A stretch of 64,000 bases of DNA, from the NCBI GenBank assembly GCA_050942625.1, contig JBMNNS010000001.1:8891-72890 (forward strand), written 5' to 3'. This document shows, in pieces, positions 58,655-64,000 of the stretch. The notes under the pieces are model-generated. The model saw only the letters and a program-made list of their open reading frames with translations, was not told the DNA's origin and searched no databases. Made by a program: the position numbers and the translations under genes. Positions within the stretch are counted from its first letter, which is position 1, and the number at the start of each line of letters is the position of its first letter. The DNA is from Dethiobacteria bacterium (GTDB taxonomy: Bacteria; Bacillota; Dethiobacteria; DTU022; UBA8154).

Positions 58655-59320
58655 CTAGAGAAGCTGGGCTTCGTTGATAATCAGAGCAAAACGGGCCAAA
58701 AGATAATCGGCAGCCCTGCGGCATAAGATCATCCTTAATAAAAATATTTCAAAGTACTCCAAAACCCTGCCTATAGAAGTATCAATCCTGAGCCTCAGTG
58801 TAATAATCCTGTTTTCAGGATCGATTTCCAGTGTAGATTGTTCCACAGCATAGTTAACCCGATCATGAATATCAAAAGTGGCAAAGTCTTGGTTACTAAC
58901 CCTGGAACGGTGCACGTCTGCCTTGTCGGCCAGGATAACCGCTGCAGAAATATTGCTTACTGGGTGGCCGGTTTCCTCATCATGGTTGCCGATGGCTGAA
59001 ACAACCTCTGCAACTTCGTTTTCATCCATACCTAACTCCCTTAAGAGCCCCATGGCAATAATTGCACCTGTATGATAATGGTGATTGCGGGCCACCACAT
59101 TACCGATATCATGTAAATAACCGGCAATGGCTGCCAACTCTGCCTCCCTTTGTGAAAATCCCAGTTCCGTGAGAATCCTGTAGGCAGTTTGGGCAGTTAG
59201 CTCAGTATGACGAAAACCATGTTCAGTAAAACCCAGAACACACATATTTTTATTTGCTTTACGTATATAGGCCCTGACAGCAGGATGTTTTTTTACCTCT
59301 TCTATGGTTATCTTCTTCAT
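58655..59320 (-). CDS. HD-domain (HDIG) metal-dependent phosphohydrolase
   Basis: 'HGFRHTELTAQTAY...AGYLHDIGN' is an HD motif. The start is set at the ATG at 59320 (MKKITIEE). The ORF-track TTG start at 59359 is less likely. Confidence 0.75.
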   Translation of the reverse strand: MKKITIEEVKKHPAVRAYIRKANKNMCVLGFTEHGFRHTELTAQTAYRILTELGFSQREAELAAIAGYLHDIGNVVARNHHYHTGAIIAMGLLRELGMDENEVAEVVSAIGNHDEETGHPVSNISAAVILADKADVHRSRVSNQDFATFDIHDRVNYAVEQSTLEIDPENRIITLRLRIDTSIGRVLEYFEIFLLRMILCRRAADYLLARFALIINEAQLL

Positions 59321-59376
59321 TTTAACTCTCTTTTTTTTAAATTCAATTTTAAAAAACAACCCCTTCTTCCTGCATT

Positions 59377-60489
59377 TTAAATTATTTTCCCCTGCAAGAA
59401 ATCTTTAATAACATCATTAATAATATTTGCCGGGGGTGCCTTGTAGATTATTACCCTGCCAATACAGTCGGGAAGAATAAAAATTAAATCCCCCCCTGCC
59501 CTTTTCTTATCAAGAAAAAGCGCCTCCAACACACTACTGGCCTTCAAGCCGGCAGGGGAAGGCGGTATTCTTAAGCCCTTAAGAATATTTATAATACGCC
59601 CTTTTGCTACCTCATCCAGGATCGACAAACGGCAGGCCAGGGTTGCTGCCATGGCCATCCCGCACCCCACTGCCTCACCGTGCAGGTAATGGGCATATCC
59701 TGTTGCTGCCTCCAGAGCATGACCAAAAGTATGGCCAAAATTAAGAATACGGCGCAAATCCGCTTCTTTTTCATCCTGCCGTACTATCTTTCCTTTGATC
59801 ATGATTGCACGGCTGATATATTTTAAAAATAATGGTTTTTTAGCGTGTATAAAAAGTTTCCCCTCACTCCCAGCAGATAAAGACTCCAGCTGTCTAAACA
59901 AGTTATAGTCCCAGATAACTCCATATTTTATTAGTTCTGCCAATCCGGCATTGATCTCCCGCTGGGGAAGGGTTTTTAAAGCCTTCAGGTCAGCAAGGAC
60001 AAAGGAGGGTTGGTAAAAAGCCCCGATCAGGTTTTTACCCTGGGGATGGTTTACTGCCACTTTACCTCCTACGCTGCTATCAATCATGGCCAGCAGTGTA
60101 GTAGGGACCTGAACATAAGGAACACCTCTTAAATAGGTGGCTGCAACAAAACCCGCCAAATCACCTATGATCCCACCACCCAGGGCAATAATAACCGATT
60201 GCCTATCCAGGCCGGCAGCTATGGCCCGGGAATAAAGAAAGGAGGCTTCCTCCAATGTTTTGGAACCCTCTCCACCTTTCACTACGCTCAGGTAAGGACG
60301 GTAACCTGCCATTTTTAGACCTTGCAAACACCTTTGGGCATAAAAGGAAGAAACGTTCCTGTCGGTTACAACCATCAAGGAACAAGGTGGGAAATGACGG
60401 GCCATAATTTTCCCTATATTTCTTAAAAGGCCCTGGCCCAAATAAACCGGGTATTGCCGGGAGGCCGTTTTTATATCAATTTTTAACAT
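59377..60489 (-). CDS. aroB: 3-dehydroquinate synthase
   Basis: It is 370 aa. '[40 protein letters not shown]' is the DHQS nucleotide-binding core. Confidence 0.93.
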   Translation of the reverse strand: MLKIDIKTASRQYPVYLGQGLLRNIGKIMARHFPPCSLMVVTDRNVSSFYAQRCLQGLKMAGYRPYLSVVKGGEGSKTLEEASFLYSRAIAAGLDRQSVIIALGGGIIGDLAGFVAATYLRGVPYVQVPTTLLAMIDSSVGGKVAVNHPQGKNLIGAFYQPSFVLADLKALKTLPQREINAGLAELIKYGVIWDYNLFRQLESLSAGSEGKLFIHAKKPLFLKYISRAIMIKGKIVRQDEKEADLRRILNFGHTFGHALEAATGYAHYLHGEAVGCGMAMAATLACRLSILDEVAKGRIINILKGLRIPPSPAGLKASSVLEALFLDKKRAGGDLIFILPDCIGRVIIYKAPPANIINDVIKDFLQGKII

Positions 60490-61687
60490 TTTCCTTACCC
60501 CCAGCTTCTAACTTAGCTGCTGCCAAATACTCATTGACTAATCTCTGGTAGTTTTTATAGTTTAACTCCATTTCCCTAAGAGAGTCACCGCCAAACTTAT
60601 CCATGAAGGCAAGAGCAACCTCCCATGCTACTACGGCCTCCCCGGCAACGGATGCCGCAGGAACGGCACAAATATCAGAACGTTCCACAGAAGCGCAAAC
60701 AGGTTTTCCAGTAGCAAGATCTACACTTGGAAGCGCATTAATCAAGGTTGGTATAGGTTTCATAGCTGCCCTGATAAGAAGGGTTTCACCATTGGTTATC
60801 CCCCCTTCAAGTCCACCAGCATTGTTGGTTGGTCTACAGATTCCCCTTTCCCGGGATAGAATAATGGGATCATGTACCTGTGAACCAGGAACTGCAGCAG
60901 CCTTAAACCCCAATCCTATTTCCACACCTTTGATTGCCGGAATACTCATTAAGGCAGCCGCCAAACGTCCATCAAGGCGCCGATCCGGATGAACGTGGCT
61001 TCCCAAACCCGGTGGAAGCCCTTCAACACGCACTTCGAATATTCCCCCAAGTGTGTCCCCCTTTTCTGCAGCCTCTTTAATTTTGGAGAGCATCAATTCT
61101 TCAGCTTTTCGGTCGACGCAGTAAAGGGGAGAAGCGCTGATCTTTTTCTTGATAGTGTTAACGTTGTCTGCCGGATCGGGTGGATCTGCTGCTACGCCTC
61201 CAATTTCGGTTACGAAAGCGCCAATTTTGATCTGGAAATGCCCGAGCAGTAAAGAAGCTACAGCACCAATGGCAACACGCATTGCTGTTTCCCTGGCAGA
61301 GGCCCTTTCCAGCACATTACGCAGATCGGAATGCAGGTATTTTATTCCCCCGGCCAGATCAGCATGTCCAGGGCGTGGGGCACTAAGTTTCCGGTCTTTT
61401 GTTTCATCTTCCGGATCCGGTGACATCACCTTCTGCCAATTAACCCAATCCTTATTTTCAATTTGAAGGGCCAAAGGGGTCCCTAAGGTTTTGCCAAAAC
61501 GGAGTCCGGAAAGAAATTTAACGCGATCCCTTTCAATTGACATACGACCGCCCCGGCCATAACCACCCTGGCGTCTGGCCAACTGCTCATTGATAAACTC
61601 ACGGTCCAAAAACAAGCCAGAGGGTAAACCTTCTATAATTCCTACCAAAGCAGGACCATGAGATTCCCCTGCTGTCAAATAACGCAT
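60476..61687 (-). CDS. aroC: Chorismate synthase
   Basis: '[22 protein letters not shown]' is the AroC N-terminus. The start is trimmed to this ATG. Confidence 0.95.
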   Translation of the reverse strand: MRYLTAGESHGPALVGIIEGLPSGLFLDREFINEQLARRQGGYGRGGRMSIERDRVKFLSGLRFGKTLGTPLALQIENKDWVNWQKVMSPDPEDETKDRKLSAPRPGHADLAGGIKYLHSDLRNVLERASARETAMRVAIGAVASLLLGHFQIKIGAFVTEIGGVAADPPDPADNVNTIKKKISASPLYCVDRKAEELMLSKIKEAAEKGDTLGGIFEVRVEGLPPGLGSHVHPDRRLDGRLAAALMSIPAIKGVEIGLGFKAAAVPGSQVHDPIILSRERGICRPTNNAGGLEGGITNGETLLIRAAMKPIPTLINALPSVDLATGKPVCASVERSDICAVPAASVAGEAVVAWEVALAFMDKFGGDSLREMELNYKNYQRLVNEYLAAAKLEAGGKENVKN

Positions 61688-61731
61688 ACTGAACGAAAAC
61701 CTCCCCTGTAGCACCGGGATATATTGCCCTT

Positions 61732-62262
61732 TTAAAGTTTGTCAGCAAAAATCCCCGCTTCCAATTGATGACCCTCGATTTTTAGCAATGCCCTCTTCCA
61801 ATCCAACCCACATCCAAAACCCGTAAGCGCTCCATTTTGGCCTATAATGCGGTGACAGGGGATGAGAATGGGGGTACGGTTCCGTCCCAGTGCCTGGCCG
61901 ACAGCCCTGGCCCCAGCAGGAGAGCCGACCATGATGGCCAACTGTTTATAAGAGCGGGTTTCTCCAAAGGGAATGGCCTGAGCATGTTGCAAAACCTTCA
62001 ATGTCCAGGCAGTATAGCCTTCAGTGAGCAAAGGATAAGCACCCTGGATAGGTTTCCCTCGAAAGTAATTTTGCAGTTCTCCCTCCAGGGCAGGCCAGGG
62101 CAGCCGGCTCTCAATTTTCGCCTGGAAATGGTTTCCTTCATGCAAAAAATTTTTCTGCCGGCCCAGCAAAATGCTGTAAATACCCTGCTCATTAAATATT
62201 ATCGTAATAGGCCCCTCAGGCACTTCGATAGCCGTATATTTCCAAAAACCAATCTGCCCCAC
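61732..62262 (-). CDS. ogt: Methylated-DNA--protein-cysteine methyltransferase (Ogt/MGMT)
   Basis: '[31 protein letters not shown]' carries the PCHR active-site cysteine. It is 176 aa. Confidence 0.9.
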   Translation of the reverse strand: MGQIGFWKYTAIEVPEGPITIIFNEQGIYSILLGRQKNFLHEGNHFQAKIESRLPWPALEGELQNYFRGKPIQGAYPLLTEGYTAWTLKVLQHAQAIPFGETRSYKQLAIMVGSPAGARAVGQALGRNRTPILIPCHRIIGQNGALTGFGCGLDWKRALLKIEGHQLEAGIFADKL

Positions 62263-62265
62263 CCT

Positions 62266-62619
62266 TTACCCCTTCTTAAAAGTATCATCGGCTAATTTAC
62301 GGTAGAAACAACTTCTTGCCCCCGTGTGGCAAGCCGGGCCGCTTTGATCAACCTTAATTAAAAGTGTATCTTCATCGCAGTCATAGAAAATTTCCTGCAC
62401 CTTTTGAATATTACCCGAGCTTTCACCCTTCTGCCAAAGTTTTCCCCTGCTGCGGCTCCAAAACCATGTCAAACCGGTCTGAAGAGTCTTCTGAAAAGAT
62501 TCCTTGTTCATATAGGCAAGCATGAGAACCTCATTATTTTTATAATCTTGAATAATAGCAGGTAAAAGTTCATGCCTATCAAAAGCAAGAATCTCTATTA
62601 TTTTATCCTTGGATTTCAA
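62266..62619 (-). CDS. hisI: Phosphoribosyl-AMP cyclohydrolase
   Basis: It is 117 aa. '[23 protein letters not shown]...[17 protein letters not shown]...[20 protein letters not shown]' matches HisI. Confidence 0.93.
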   Translation of the reverse strand: MKSKDKIIEILAFDRHELLPAIIQDYKNNEVLMLAYMNKESFQKTLQTGLTWFWSRSRGKLWQKGESSGNIQKVQEIFYDCDEDTLLIKVDQSGPACHTGARSCFYRKLADDTFKKG

Positions 62620-63374
62620 GTCGACACCTCCACGCCTTGTTCTAGCAGGTATTGTTTCAGTTCACTTATAAAAATATGCCCATAGTGAAATACAGAAGCA
62701 GCCAACGCCGCTTCTGCCTTTCCTTCCGTTAAGACCCGGGAAAAGTGTTCCTTTTCCCCGGCGCCTCCAGAAGCAATAACTGGAATATCTACATATTCAG
62801 CTACGGCAGCAGTCAAAGGTATATCAAAACCATCCCTGGTACCATCAGCATCTATGCTCGTCAACAATATTTCGCCAGCGCCAAGGCTTTCCACCTTTTT
62901 TGCCCAGGCTAAAGCCGAAAGACCTGTTGCTTTTTTGCCACCGTGGCTATAAACTTCCCAATCCTTCATCCCTTCATTCCAAAGGGCATCAATCGCTACA
63001 ATGAGATGCCGGCTCCCAAAATTACGGGCTGCCCCGGCAATAAGTGTGGGATCCTCCAGTGCAGCAGTACCCAATGAAACCTTGTCCGCCCCGGCTTTTA
63101 GAATACTATGCATCTTTTCCAGGCTATTTATACCCCCACCGACAATGAAGGGAATGTTTATTTCCCTGGAGATCTTTCCGGCCACTTCCAGCATAGTTTG
63201 GCGCCCCTTTATAGAGGCAGTGATATCAAGGAAAACAAGCTCGTCAGCACCTGTTTTGTCATAGTAACGTGCCAGCTGGATAGGGTCGCCGGCATCTTTA
63301 AGATCAAGAAAACCTACCCCTTTGACCACCCTTCCATCTTTAACATCCAGACAAGGAATAATTCTTTTTACCAA
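62616..63374 (-). CDS. hisF: Imidazole glycerol phosphate synthase cyclase subunit
   Basis: '[22 protein letters not shown]' is the HisF N-terminus. It is 252 aa. Confidence 0.95.
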   Translation of the reverse strand: MVKRIIPCLDVKDGRVVKGVGFLDLKDAGDPIQLARYYDKTGADELVFLDITASIKGRQTMLEVAGKISREINIPFIVGGGINSLEKMHSILKAGADKVSLGTAALEDPTLIAGAARNFGSRHLIVAIDALWNEGMKDWEVYSHGGKKATGLSALAWAKKVESLGAGEILLTSIDADGTRDGFDIPLTAAVAEYVDIPVIASGGAGEKEHFSRVLTEGKAEAALAASVFHYGHIFISELKQYLLEQGVEVST

Positions 63375-63410
63375 TACCTGCCCCCCTGCCTCGTTTGAAA
63401 AATTTTACTT

Positions 63411-64000
63411 TCATCCTTTACTTTTACGATTAATTTCCCTGATAGCATCACTTAAGGAAAACTTTTTGGCGTAAAGTGCCTGGCCAATTATTACACCTGT
63501 GATGCCGAAGTCTTCCAGCTCCTGCAGTTGATGGAGATCCTGAAGCCTTGAAACCCCTCCAGAAGCGATCACGGCAATGTCAAGGGCCCCGGCCATTTCC
63601 TTTAAAGCAGCAAAGTTGGGGCCCTCCAGGGTCCCATCACGGGCAATATCCGTATAAATAATTTCCTTGACACCGTACTCCTGTACTTGCAGAGCAAGTT
63701 CAAGGGCATCCTTTGTTGAATCCTTGACCCAACCCCTTGTAGCTGCCAGGCCCTGCCGGGCATCAATTCCTACAATTATTTTATCACCATAATTTTTTAC
63801 AAATTCCTTGACCATTGCAGTGTTTTCAACAGCAACTGTTCCCAGGATGACGCGGGATACACCCAGTTTTAGTGCGTTTTCTACTGTTTCAAAATCCCTG
63901 ATACCGCCTCCCAGTTGTACCGGTATGCTCACTGCCCCGGTAATCGCCTCGATTGCAGAAGAGTTTTGCGGTCTTCCTTCAAAAGCCCCATCAAGATCTA
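63411..64000 (-). CDS. hisA: ProFAR isomerase HisA (C-terminal about 195 aa; N-terminus lies beyond the window end)
   Basis: 'SIPVQLGGGIRDFETVENALKLGVSRVILGTVAV' matches HisA. The reading frame stays open to position 64000. Confidence 0.88.
   Translation of the reverse strand, partial: DLDGAFEGRPQNSSAIEAITGAVSIPVQLGGGIRDFETVENALKLGVSRVILGTVAVENTAMVKEFVKNYGDKIIVGIDARQGLAATRGWVKDSTKDALELALQVQEYGVKEIIYTDIARDGTLEGPNFAALKEMAGALDIAVIASGGVSRLQDLHQLQELEDFGITGVIIGQALYAKKFSLSDAIREINRKSKG

Noticed and set aside
1-64000. Mobile elements, CRISPR arrays, toxin-antitoxin or restriction-modification or other defence modules
   Set aside because: I found no transposase, integrase other than the housekeeping xerC, or repeat-spacer arrays. 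I found no inverted terminal repeats and no compositional break. The whole window keeps conserved core-genome synteny.

Overview
This is a chromosomal window from a low-GC, endospore-forming Firmicute, probably a member of the Clostridia. Nearly every gene is on the minus strand and gene order is the conserved core order. From the high-coordinate end the order is hisA(partial)-hisF-hisI, ogt, aroC-aroB, an HD hydrolase, secD-secF, recJ, relA, dtd, hisS-aspS, mgtE, and then a complete dcw cell-wall/division cluster. That cluster runs mraZ-rsmH-ftsL-spoVD/pbp-murE-murF-mraY-murD-spoVE/ftsW-murG-murB-murA-ftsQ-ftsA-ftsZ and is followed by the sporulation operon spoIIGA-sigE-sigG. Below that lie a plus-strand citrate synthase, an iron-siderophore/B12-type ABC importer (a LysM-fused substrate-binding protein, a permease and an ATPase), comM, a small cluster of two CotF-like proteins plus Hsp20, cimA, a MetE-like methyltransferase, three tandem M42 peptidases, a pantothenate operon (a DUF2520 'PanG-like' reductase, panB, panC, panD), a KamA-family radical-SAM aminomutase, dprA, topA, xerC, hslV-hslU and the start of codY. 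I found no rRNA, tRNA, CRISPR array, transposon or obvious defence island. The region is core and housekeeping, and I see no large novel system in it. The findings are individual genes and regulatory elements that deserve a second look. The KamA homologue carries the Asp-to-Lys and Asp-to-Asn substitutions diagnostic of glutamate 2,3-aminomutase, and it sits next to the beta-alanine-forming panD. A leader of about 170 nt with an intrinsic terminator precedes the pan operon. A structured, terminator-containing leader precedes mgtE and is a candidate M-box. A substrate-binding protein is tethered through a LysM domain and a Pro-Ala linker. A 13-nt motif is repeated in the promoter region shared by the ABC importer and the citrate synthase. 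A stand-alone MetE-C-terminal-like zinc methyltransferase is present. Three M42 peptidase paralogues lie in tandem. Several intra-operon hairpins are present. Several ORF-track starts look over-extended because the track accepts TTG/GTG starts, so I propose corrected starts where sequence supports them.
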